Shown: piece after piece, positions 46,962 to 56,728 of the stretch
How positions within the stretch are numbered: position 1 is the first letter of the stretch
How the letters are laid out: each line of letters opens with the position of its first letter
NCBI GenBank assembly: GCA_039906565.1
Contig: JBDMAX010000536.1
Location: 225,716-289,715 of the forward strand
Source: Aegotheles albertisi
Taxonomy: Eukaryota
Length of the DNA stretch: 64,000 nt
Direction of reading: 5' to 3'
The notes under the pieces: model-generated
Seen by the model: the letters and a program-made list of their open reading frames with translations, nothing else
Database searches by the model: none
What the model was told of the DNA's origin: nothing
Program-made: the position numbers and the translations under genes

Positions 46962-48760
46962 TCAAGTCCTGGGGGTGCTGGCTGGCCAGGGGCACTTGGC
47001 CTGTTTGCTGCTCACCTTGCCCGCTCTGGGTGCCACCTGGCAGCAGACGATGCCCGGTGGCAGTGGCAAGCGGGGCAGAACCACCCGGGGCTGCCTCCGC
47101 AGCGCCTCCTCCACCAGCTGGGCCTTGTGGGGTGGGTGATGCTGGGGGGTGTTGCTGAGGAGGGCGGTCAAGCCGGAGCTGTTGGGGTCATTGGGGATGG
47201 TGTCCTTGATGTCCACCAGCAGTGTCACCGCCACTTGCTCCTTGGTGCAGCCACCCTCTGCCCTGTACTCCAAGAGATCAGGGAACTTGTTGAGGCAGGT
47301 GCTCAAGTAGGGGGCACCGGGGACATCAGGGACAGTGCCATTGCTGGCCCCCAACCCCACAGCTGCCACTTGCTCCTGGGGCCAGCTGTCCCCTGCCACA
47401 TACTCTGAGAGGTCAGCAAGCTTGTTGAGGAGGGTGCTCAAGTAGGGGCTGTTGGGAACCTCAGGGCCATCAGGGACAGTGTCCTTGCCATCCATGGTGT
47501 CAAGCCAGGCGAGCGTGTCAGCAATGTCCACCGGGAATGACAGCTCGTCCTGAAACTGCAGGTTGTCCCCTGCCAGCTCAGGAAAGGCCTCGGCGAAGGC
47601 ATCCGGCCCCAGCTCAGGCAGGTCCAGGGTCTTCTCCAGGGTCTCCGTGATGTTCACCAGTGCTGGACGAGCAATCAAAACCAGCCCAACCCTGGAGTGA
47701 TGCAAGCTCTCCTGGGCACGGGAGGCCTGCGTGTGGGCTCTGCCACCCCCAAAACTCCCCTCTGGGCTTTGCCATGGTTCTGCCATCCAGAGGAGCCAGG
47801 GTGGGCTGGTGGGAGCTGGCAGGGGGGACCCTCTCCTCGATGGCCACTTTGTCCTTGCTGGAGGCCTCGGATGGCTTCTGGGCACTGCCAGACAGCGTGT
47901 GGAGCACAGGGGGGCCCTGCACCCAGTGCTGAGCTGCAGGCCAGGGGATTGGGGGGGGCAGGGTGGGCAGGGACATGCGGCAGGCAGGAGCCTGTGGGGT
48001 ACAGGGGCTCCCCCTGCACCACAGCCCCCAGGCCCAGCCCCATCGGCTGGTGGGGCACCAGCGTCCCCGTCACCACCTGCTGTCCCCAGCCATAGGTAGG
48101 GGGACAGGGAACAGGCCCAGGGGAGAGCTGCACCCCACAGGGGAGCTGAACCCCATAGGGGAGCTGCCCCAGCTGCCCCAGGCCTCCCAGGGGCCCTGGC
48201 ACCCCATGCCAGACGCTGACCTGCGCCAGCTGGTGGGTGATGGGGTGGACCTGGGCAGGCTCAGAGGACACCGGCAGCCCTGGCTCAGAGGGCAGCACAA
48301 CAGTGACCGGTGGTGGCGTGGCCGGGGCAGTGAAGCTCGCACCCAGCGCCTCTGATGCCATCTGCAACTGGAGAGGGAACCTCTCTGTCGGGGGAAGTGA
48401 AGAGGGGTGACGGGGTGAGAGCTCGGCAGTCAGAGCCAGCTGGGGGGTTCCCTGGTTCCCTGGAGGGCCGGAGCACGAGGAGGAGCAGGAGCCTGCGCTG
48501 CATCTGACACAGGGCTTGGCCAGCGGGGGCTCTGTGGGGGGCAAACAGCCTCTGTCCTCATGGCCATCGTTCGCCAGCACCTGCCTCAGCAGCTGTGCCA
48601 GGGGTTTATTTTTCACATCACGACAACCGCCAGGTGACACGGGCGTTTTGTCACAATGCACGTGGTGACCGAGGCACAGGGGGGGGGTGCTGTGCTTGAG
48701 CATTCCGAGAAGTGCCCGAGAATTCCGGCAGCCCGGAACTGGCAATTCCCAGAGGCCTCA
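46962..48760 (-). CDS. Unidentified long Pro/Gly/Gln-rich ORF with three tandem ~45-aa acidic repeats. It spans two overlapping frames (47675..48760 and 46962..47885). Candidate single-exon gene, internal exons, or a pseudogene.
   Basis: Frame b gives ...ALVNITETLEKTLDLPELGPDAFAEAFPELAGDNLQFQDELSFPVDIADTLAWLDTMDGKDTVPDGPEVPNSPYLSTLLNKLADLSEYVAGDSWPQEQVAAVGLGASNGTVPDVPGAPYLSTCLNKFPDLLEYRAEGGCTKEQVAVTLLVDIKD... This is not a GC-composition artefact; it has patterned hydrophobic and acidic repeats. Possible acceptor ...tcgtccag|CACTGG near 47690 and donor GGCAAG|gtgagc after 47016. No family match recognised. Confidence 0.35.
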
Positions 48761-49252
48761 CCCCAGCACAAGCACTGGGGTGGAACACTGCTCCATCAGA
48801 TCTAAGATCAAAGCTATTATAAACTCAATCAAATCAGAATCAAACAGCACTGCCAAAGCACAATCTGATCAGAGCACATCACCAAATCAGAATTAACAAA
48901 CAGCTCTGGACTAAACCAAACCATTACATTAAGACAGAATCAACGCTTCTCCCAAATACGAAATCTAGAGAGAGCTGCCCAGTTAATGACACATCCCAAT
49001 TAAGATTCATTCAGCGCAATGAGCCCATCCAAACAGCTGACCATGATCCCAGCTGAGCTCCTTGAAAGTCACATTTGCAGTCCTTGGTGCTTTTGCTTAA
49101 CTGGACTGTTACAGGGCAAATCTTTTCTCGTGATTTCTCTCGCTCTTTTTACAAAAAATAAGTTTTACAGCACGCACAAGTTCAAACAATTTTTACAAGA
49201 GAAGATACAAAGATGAATTAAGAACACAGGAACATAAACAAATTAAGGTTGG

Positions 49253-49346
49253 CTACCGCTTCTTCACTTTTTTCACAGGAGGTTCCATTTGAGGAGAAGA
49301 GGAAGAGTATCTAGAGTGAGATGAAGCACTACAGGGAGACTTGGAC
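49253..49346 (-). CDS. RBBP6-like gene, terminal coding exon (Ser-rich tail plus stop).
   Basis: ttttttcaag|G TCC AAG TCT CCC... translates to (R)SKSPCSASSHSRYSSSSPQMEPPVKKVKKR*. Human RBBP6 has ...SFSRSKSPYSGSSYSRSSYTYSK... and then continues for about 1000 aa. Here the ORF stops. Confidence 0.7.
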
Positions 49347-50747
49347 CTTGAAAAAAACACACCACAAAAAAAGAAAAGTTAATTCAAAAGTCACTCTCCC
49401 CATTTTTTTCCTCCCAAGTTTGTTTGTGGTTTTTTTCCCTCTCTACATGTTCATGTCAAAGCTTCTTCCAGCTGCTGACACAATGCTACTGTGAACTGAA
49501 GAACTTGGTAACATGTAAGAGTTTCTGCTCACAGACAAAACAGCTGCTGCTCTGTGAGGGTAAAAACACACGGGAAGGGGAAGGCAATTTCCACTCGCTT
49601 CTATCACAGGAGCTACCAGAGCTGTTGGGTGATTGAAGGTGGGGCATGCTGGCCTCTACTGGTACATGAACACGCACATTTTTCACTGCTCTGCAAGAGC
49701 AAATCATTTTTGTTGCACTAATATGCAAAAAGAGCAAGTCTCAATGGCTGCAGGGCGCTATCAAACATCAAGATGACACAATTAAGCCTGAAGACAGTGA
49801 AGCTCTATTTTGAACTGCCAGCTCAGTCTATTTAACTTTGGTACTTAGCTGGCAATTTGGCAATTTGTACAGGATGCAAGATCCTTGTCCTGCAACCTTA
49901 CAGACAGGACTATGTAACCCACACGTCCAGCCAGATGCCCCAGCAGCATTTTGCACATACCTCTAGCTCCAGCCTAGGAGAGCGACCGTGTTTCAAGAAG
50001 AGTCGTAACTTAACACTGCTAAACTCAGCCTCTAGTGCTTTGACTCAGCGCCATTACTCTAGGGCAGACACTGTCAGCATTGCTAGTAGACAGCTACTCA
50101 GACTCCTGCCCAAGGGGTTTTTGGGGATAGAAAACATCAGCTGCCCTGGTTTTGCTTCACAAGGTTTTATTTTATTATTTTTTTAAAAACCACGTCACGT
50201 TCTCCCACATATGTTCATTAGCAACATTCCTCCTCTCAAAGTCCTTCACCAATTTAAGATTGCCTTACAAACAAGTCTGATCTTTAAATTCCCCAGAACA
50301 ATTTAACAATGTCAACAAAATACCAGCAAAAGCCACCAGTTTGCAGTCCAGGTTAAAATCTCTCTGTGCAGCCACATGAAGAGGAAATGAAGACCATTTC
50401 TCTCCCATATCTCCTCCAAAGTGCTCTGAGGTTATGGCTACAATCAGAATAGGGAGACGCAGAACATCCAGCAACTGCACCTATTCAGTTTCTGGTCTCC
50501 TCACGGCTGTCAGGAGGCGAAGGCTGTCATTGCAGAGAAGCTTTAATAAAAGAGACACCTGCTCCTGAACAACTGCTGCAAATTCTATCAGCAAACTGTA
50601 ATCCCTGCGGGAACCTACATATGAAACTCCTATCGCTGCTGACTCCTGGAATCACCCAATCCATCTAACCACAGAGAGATGGAATGGAACTCCTCCCGAT
50701 TCTCCTTGACCATCTGCTTCTCCATTACGGACATGTGAAGCCCTTAC

Positions 50748-50868
50748 CTGGAAAACAAACGCCTACGCTCCTTTGGAATCTTCTTATAGTCCACCAATTC
50801 CTTAGCAAAATCATCTGTAAACTCATCCAGTCTGGGCTTTTTCTTTTCCCTGTTAAATTGAGTTCGAC
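50748..50868 (-). CDS. RBBP6-like exon.
   Basis: (G)RTQFNREKKKPRLDEFTDDFAKELVDYKKIPKERRRLFS(R). Human has KKKSKLDEFTNDFAKELMEYKKIQKERRRSFSR. Acceptor aataaag|, donor CCAG|gtaaggg. 121 bp, phase 1-in/2-out, consistent with the next exon. Confidence 0.8.
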
Positions 50869-51154
50869 CTTTATTACAAAGAGACACCAAAAAACAAAAC
50901 ATGGCCAATATGAGACCATGTATACTGCATGCACACACAAAAGGTGAACATCCCGTCCCAGCAAAACCAGCTCAGAGTTCCTGCATGCTTTAGGGAACGT
51001 TTTAGAATGACATTGGTCTCATTTCAGTTTTGCAGCTTTATCACCGCAATGAGAAAGTTCATTGGAACAATGAACATCATTTCTGCTGATGTCAGATGCA
51101 CTTTAGTGTTGCTGCAGTCCGACACGTGACTGAAACACAAAAATGAAAACCAAC

Positions 51155-51245
51155 GCAACTTCTGTGAGCCAAACACTTGCTCCTCTGTAAGTCTCCATCG
51201 TTCTCTGTAAAACTCCTCCCCAGGTAACGGGAGGCAAACAGCATC
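51155..51245 (-). CDS. RBBP6-like exon with the EEFYRE motif. Boundaries are uncertain.
   Basis: [23 protein letters not shown](VFGSQKL). Human has PPLSREEFYREQRRLKEEE. Acceptor caagccag|GATGCT. The only phase-compatible donor is a weak C|gttggt at 51155. An upstream exon is still missing, because the preceding exon at 52239..52299 ends with a 1-nt carry that does not join here. Confidence 0.45.
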
Positions 51246-51254
51246 CTGGCTTGT

Positions 51255-51350
51255 GTCAGCAACAGTGTGGCCAGCAGGACCAGGGCAGTGACCGTGCCCC
51301 TGCACTCAACACTGGTGAGGCCACACCTCGAGTCCTGTGCTCAAAGGAGA
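51255..51350 (+). mobile_element. Short CR1 ORF2 fragment inside an RBBP6-like intron.
   Basis: cactggtgaggccacacctcgagtcctgtgctcaa corresponds to ALVRPHLE-like CR1 ORF2 sequence. Confidence 0.5.
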
Positions 51351-52238
51351 CTCCCACCCCCCATGCGCCAAGTGCCCACCACCCCTCAGCCCCTCCCTGA
51401 GACATTTCATACTTCACACTTCTGATTTCCAAAGCACCGCACGACATTAACTAAACTGCTCTCAAACTTCTGTAACTCCTCCCACGTGCGCTTCTTATTG
51501 TGCTGCCTCACGATGTCGTCCTTGGCCTGTTCCGTGTTCCTGGACTGTTATTTCCTTGCTTACTGAATTTGAGATTTCAGATAACCTATAGGCTGCATCC
51601 TGGGTTCTGTTTGATTTATCTTGAAGGTTTGATAAACACAATGCACCCTTACAATCTCTCTATGACAAACATGGACCAAAAGGAAGGACTAACTTGACAC
51701 TGCAATAAATAGATAAAAGTGAGACTCCCCTCTCTCCAGCTGTGAGAAGGCACCTTGGCTATTGGAGATGACTAAATCGGAGAAATTCAAAATTGTCATA
51801 AAATAACAGCGCTGGCTTTTCCAAGAATTTGCTCAATCAGGATCAACCAAGTTGTTAAAAAAAAGGAGGCTGGAGGCTGATTTCTAGGAAGATCAATTTC
51901 TTCAGCCCTGTTCAGCCAGTCATCAAAAGAGCAGCTTTCCATCTGATCCTATAATTATATTTCATTTTTATATGTAATTATGATTCCCTCAAAAAGGGTT
52001 CACTTTTCAAAGTCCTCTTTTCACTCATGTATTGGAGTTTTATTTTAATCTTACTGCAAGCACAGATCCTCTTTGTTAAAGCCAATTTAGTTTAAGCCTT
52101 TTACAAATTAATTACTTAATTAATTCTCCACAACTCTCTGTGCATACTTTTATCATTGAAAATCAGCTGTGTGCTTGTTAACAGCCTCATTTAGCAGTTC
52201 ACAAGTAGCAACACACTGAGTTTCTGTAGAACACTTAC

Positions 52239-52299
52239 AGTTCCCAGCCTGCTCTGCCGCCTGCTGAGCGAATCGCGCTGGCTCCTGTTGGATGACCTT
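52239..52299 (-). CDS. RBBP6-like exon in the linker region.
   Basis: ccccactccag|AAG GTC ATC CAA CAG GAG CCA GCG CGA TTC GCT CAG CAG GCG GCA GAG CAG GCT GGG AAC T|gtaagtg translates to KVIQQEPARFAQQAAEQAGN. Phase-compatible with the upstream exon 52598..52723. Confidence 0.55.
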
Positions 52300-52597
52300 C
52301 TGGAGTGGGGAGAGGAAAAAAAAAATCCCATCCAGTTTATTTGAAGAGAATTTTTTAAAAGAAATAATAAAGTCACAGTTCCTTACCAGTTATGGGTACT
52401 GATTGTCCCTGGGGGCCCAGAAGCCTTGGTAATGCTGCTTGCCTTAGTACAGGAACCTGAGAGCCCTTGGGAATAAATGCAAACAGCTGGAAAATGAGCT
52501 CTACTGAAATACAAGAATCACTGCAAATGTTGATCTAAAACTGACACAAACTGCTGACTGACAGAGAGGAAGGTTTAGGAAGTTCAGCGGCACTCAC

Positions 52598-52723
52598 CAG
52601 AGCAGCGGGAGGTGTAACAGTCATGAGTGGTAGTGGTGGAGGTGGTGGTGGTGGCTGCTGCTGCTGGATCTGCTGAGCGAGCCTTTTTGTGCAGGCAGTT
52701 CCATTTGTGAAGTTGTTCACAGC
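52598..52723 (-). CDS. RBBP6-like exon: end of the RING-flanking region and the poly-Pro tract.
   Basis: AVNNFTNGTACTKRLAQQIQQQQPPPPPPPLPLMTVTPPAAL. Human has QAVNNFKNETGYTKRLRKQLPPPPPPIPPP. Acceptor ctgcctccag|, donor CTG|gtgagtg. 126 bp. Confidence 0.85.
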
Positions 52724-53172
52724 CTGGAGGCAGAAAAACATTTACAAAAAGGTGCTACGACACTCAATAGATACACGAACAGAAGGCTCCACAGAGTGAA
52801 ATGACTTGTGTATTCCTGTAAATGCCATCAATCCCCAAATAAATCAACATCCAGGTACATGAACACATCACATTAAAGAGTGATATTAATGACTGGTAAC
52901 TCAGGGAGCTGGATTTAAAGCACTTCAGTGTTAACACCCCATCGGAAAGTGAGGCAATCCTGTTCCACAAAAGTGTGACCTGAATTGGCCACATTGTCTC
53001 TAAAGAGTTGTAAGCTTCTCTAACAACAGAGAAATCTGTTGTATTTTAAAATCTGGTCTTACTCAATTCTGCCTTGCTTAAGGAGATATCAATTAATATT
53101 TCATTCCCTTTCAGCTTTTTACAAAAACGTTTGTTTTCTTACAAACACTTTATGCAAAAGTCATCATGTTAC

Positions 53173-53276
53173 CTGGCGTAGGGACTTGTTGGCAACTAAA
53201 GCATCTGGAGAAACATCTCTCTGATGGCACGTGGGGCATGCATGTTCCTCAGATTCCAGTAATGCTGTTCTAATGC
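53173..53276 (-). CDS. RBBP6-like exon, second half of the RING.
   Basis: (C)IRTALLESEEHACPTCHQRDVSPDALVANKSLRQ. Human has CIRTALLESDEHTCPTCHQNDVSPDALIANKFLRQ. Acceptor ttctccacag|, donor CAG|gtaaca. 104 bp. Confidence 0.9.
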
Positions 53277-54032
53277 CTGTGGAGAATTAGAATCATCAAA
53301 ACGGTTTTTAGCCAAACGATGGAAATCCTGGGCGTTCCAGTCAATTCTAAACACACGTATATGATTAATGGGTGAAGATGGTCTTGCATGGAGAGCGTGA
53401 AGCTATAAGTGTTCAATAGCATACACAATTTCTAGTATGCAGCAAACAACTACACAGTTTCGATGTTTCACTCTTGTAACATTTGAAGATGTAGAGTAGG
53501 CTGTGTCTTGATGGTTCAACTTGTCTTCTTGCCACTATCTAGTACTGTGAGAAGTCACCAACCCCAAGGCTAGTGAATAAAACACATCTCAGAAAACCAT
53601 TAATAGGTTTGAGCTCTGAAGGTTTTATCCAACCCCCTCAGGGAGGAGAATGTGGATCAAAGGCCAAACTACCCATTTGTTGCAGGGCACAGTAAATCCC
53701 CAGGCCTGGCTATATAATTCTGTGTGAGAGAAAGGGTTGTGGGCAAACGGAATTAATTTGATATCTGATGTTGTCATCACCTGCACAATTACGCACTCTT
53801 CTCATACTCCTCCTTCTGCAGGTAAAGAGGATTTAACTAGATCCACAAAAAGGGGAAAAAAGATTTGTGCCTTTTTTTTTTCTTCTCTACAAGAAGAGTC
53901 CTGTCCCATTCCAGGCAGACTCCAGTATTAAATGGAACTGATAACAAAGCCATTTCGTTATCTCCTATTTCTGCTCTCAGCAGATCAGACGATGGGATGT
54001 TTGGAATGAACTAACACGAAAGGAACACTCAC

Positions 54033-54202
54033 ATTCATCACAGTAACTGTTTCCACAGCAGGGAATAATGGCTGCATCAGTCATTACGTCGTTACAAATG
54101 AGACATAACAACTCATCTGGAATAGGATCATCTGAGGAGGAGGACGGCGGCTCCTTTGGTAAAAAGGGAGGGTTCTCCTTCTTCCCTCTAGCGTAAGCTT
54201 CC
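54033..54202 (-). CDS. RBBP6-like exon, first half of the RING/U-box.
   Basis: EAYARGKKENPPFLPKEPPSSSSDDPIPDELLCLICNDVMTDAAIIPCCGNSYCDE(C). Human has AIGKKEKPPFLPEEPSSSSEEDDPIPDELLCLICKDIMTDAVVIPCCGNSYCDEC. Acceptor cctcctccag|, donor T|gtgagtg. 170 bp. Confidence 0.9.
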
Positions 54203-54249
54203 CTGGAGGAGGGGAGGGAAGGAAAAAGAAAAAAGGTGAAGATGGAGTA

Positions 54250-54940
54250 GAAGAGTGTAGGAGAAAGGGACCTGGGGGTCCTGGTGGACAGGAGGATGAC
54301 CATGAGCCAGCAGTGTGCCCTTGTGGCCAAGAAGGCCAATGGCATCCTGGGGTGCATTAGAAAGGGGGTGGTCAGTAGGTCAAGAGAGGTTCTCCTCCCC
54401 CTCTATTCTGCCTTGGTGAGGCCACACCTGGAGTATTGTGTCCAGTTCTGGGCCCCACAGTTCAAGAAGGACAGGGAACTGCTTGAGAGAGTCCAGCACA
54501 GAGCCACAAAGATGATGAAGGGAGTGGAACATCCCCCTTATGAGGAAAGGCTGAGGGAGCTGGGGCTCTTTAGCTTGGAGAAAAGGAGACTGGGGGGTGA
54601 CCTCATCCATGTTTACAAATATGTAAAGGGTGAGTGTCAGGATGATGGAGCCAAGCTTTTGTCAGTAATGGCCAATGATAGGACAAGGGGCAATGGTTGT
54701 AAACTGGAGCACAGGAGGTTCCATGTGAATCTCAGGAGAAACTTTTTCACTGTGAGAGTGCCAGAGCACTGGAACAGCTGCCCAGAGAGGTTGTGGAGTC
54801 TCCCTGGCTGGAGACATTCAAACCCTGCCTGGATGCGTTCCTGTGTGATGGACTCGAGGTGACCCTGCTCTGGCAGGGGGGTTGGACTGGGTGAGCTTTC
54901 GAGGTCCCTTCCAACCCCTAGGATTCTGTGATGGGTAAAA
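54250..54940 (+). mobile_element. CR1 LINE 3' fragment inside an RBBP6-like intron.
   Basis: ORF 54284..54862(+) gives [86 protein letters not shown]. The 3' end ...ggttggactgggtgagctttcgaggtcccttccaacccctaggattctgtga is present. Confidence 0.9.
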
Positions 54941-55798
54941 GAAAACTTTCCCAAGTTTTGGATTTTATTGAAGGCAGACAACAGATGGAATTCTTCTCAC
55001 TTCATGTTAGCCTTCTAAAGCAGAGACATTTAGTTTCAACGACTTTTCTGTAACCACAACACCAGAAGAGGGACAGGGGAACAATTTTCCATCTGCAGAA
55101 CTCTCCCATTCATGGGAACAACTGAGAAATTAGGTACGATGAGAAAAATCATTTTTTTAACACCTGTGAATCAGGTGAAATGAATCACACCTCTCCTTTG
55201 CCAGTGGGTACCTGCCCATTGCAGGGCTCAGGATAGAGTTAGCCTCCAAGTAATTACATTTTATACATGGAAGAAGTCCACGTTACCGCCTCTACAGGAG
55301 ATCTGTGACAGAGAAACAGAAGTGCTACCAAGTGCATTTTACAACAGCCACTCTTGTCAGCACACAGTAGGGCTTTCTTAGTTTATGGCAATAGGAAAAC
55401 TTCAATCTGCTTCACACGTGGGATTTGATACAAGTCAGAAGGGAAGGAAATCTCAGTCCAACAGCTATTGGTTAAATTTTGCAAGAAGCCCTTGAAACAT
55501 CAAACGGAAGCAAAATGAGCTTCATTCATGAGTTGTTTCACAGAGAACAACTCCACTGCAAGGACTACTGAGATGCTATGCAGAAATACAGACCCTTCGC
55601 ATACCACAAGTTTAACCAATTGCCAGGGGCCTGAGCAGTAGGACCACCCTATGTTAACATTAGAAAGTCTTCCAGGTGTTAAGGTTAAGATACAAGGGCA
55701 ATGCTTCCTTCCCCGTCATTACAGATGCTGCCACTCTGACATTTACGTGTGGTTTCTCTCGTTCACCTTCTGGTCAGCCCAGTTCATTCCATACTTAC

Positions 55799-55938
55799 GC
55801 ATTAATAGCTGGTATTACATATTTTCCAGTGTTTGTCAGCATTGCACCCTTTTTATTGGGATCTTTCACCTCCACCAGGAAACTTCTTGGAATTCCTGTG
55901 CTCTTTTTAACTCTGGGAACAGGCTCAAAATGTTTGTC
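55799..55938 (-). CDS. RBBP6-like exon between the zinc knuckle and the RING.
   Basis: DKHFEPVPRVKKSTGIPRSFLVEVKDPNKKGAMLTNTGKYVIPAINA. Human has GDKNFESGPRIKKSTGIPRSFMMEVKDPNMKGAMLTNTGKYAIPTIDA, about 80% identity. Acceptor cttaacag|, donor GC|gtaagtat. 140 bp. Confidence 0.9.
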
Positions 55939-56424
55939 CTGTTAAGAAATGCAGACACCTCTAAGACCCACACTTAGAATGAGATTTCAATGATTATTTT
56001 AAGCAGTAAAAGTCTTTAATCCTTCTCTTACCTGGCTTAAGGGCTGCTCAACTGAAATACTTATTTTCCTTAGTGAACACTGCCAGGATGTTCCAAAGTC
56101 TCGAGCAGTGTTTTGGACTCAGTCAACATTCTTTGGCTTAACTTCAGGTTCCTTAAGGGTAAAATATCCCTCAGCTCACCACCCACTCAGAGAATGGACA
56201 CAAACTTGCTCCTCCTCCACAGTGCAATTCAGAGTGAGAGCTTAATTCAGTGCTCTGAATCAGACACTGGGGAAACTTAGATTCACCATCTATAGGTGAA
56301 GGTTGAGTCATTAAAACACGCAAATACTCAACACATGGGGTCAACATCTTGGTTTTATACAAAATACCAAAAGCTGTGAACTTTCATTAAAAAGAGTTAC
56401 CCCACAGGTCCCCCACAATCTTAC

Positions 56425-56521
56425 CTTGTTTGTTGGGCAGTTCTTTCTATAGTGGCCAGGTTTCCCACAACGAAAGCAAGTGTATGAAGGTGGAGGTGGA
56501 CCCAAGGGGACCTTCATGTAA
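56425..56521 (-). CDS. RBBP6-like exon, CCHC zinc knuckle.
   Basis: (?)YMKVPLGPPPPSYTCFRCGKPGHYRKNCPTNK. Human has YMKKPLGPPPPSYTCFRCGKPGHYIKNCPTN. Acceptor cttctag|, donor AAG|gtaagatt. 97 bp. Confidence 0.9.
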
Positions 56522-56644
56522 CTAGAAGTGTTTTGGGGAGAAAAGAGAAGGGTGTGCATGTGTCTCTCTTGTTAAAACAAACATCTCTACAATTTTTCTA
56601 TCACCTTCAAAGAACAGATTTGACATTCTCAACACTTATGTGAC

Positions 56645-56728
56645 TGGATCGTAGTAGCGGCAAGACTGTACCATCATAGCTTTTATTTTATCTTCTTCGG
56701 AGGCATTGGCTGCAGCCAGGTTGGCAGT
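56645..56728 (-). CDS. RBBP6-like exon upstream of the zinc knuckle. The 3' boundary is unresolved.
   Basis: ccattaaacag|ACT GCC AAC CTG... translates to TANLAAANASEEDKIKAMMVQSCRYYDPVT*. Human has TANLAEANASEEDKIKAMMSQSGHEYDPINY. An in-frame TAA at 56636..56638 follows directly, and there is no phase-compatible GT donor to join the zinc-knuckle exon. The N-terminal DWNN-domain exons were not found. They may lie beyond 56728 or outside the window. Confidence 0.5.

Noticed and set aside
53977-54981. Minus-strand ORFs beginning [17 protein letters not shown]... and MSAFNKIQNLGKFSF... (also 10201..10419, 41603..41830, 42349..42669).
   Set aside because: These are the well-known spurious antisense ORFs of CR1 ORF2. 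Only the C-terminal part of 53977..54357 (EAYARGKKENPPF...) is a real RBBP6-like exon.
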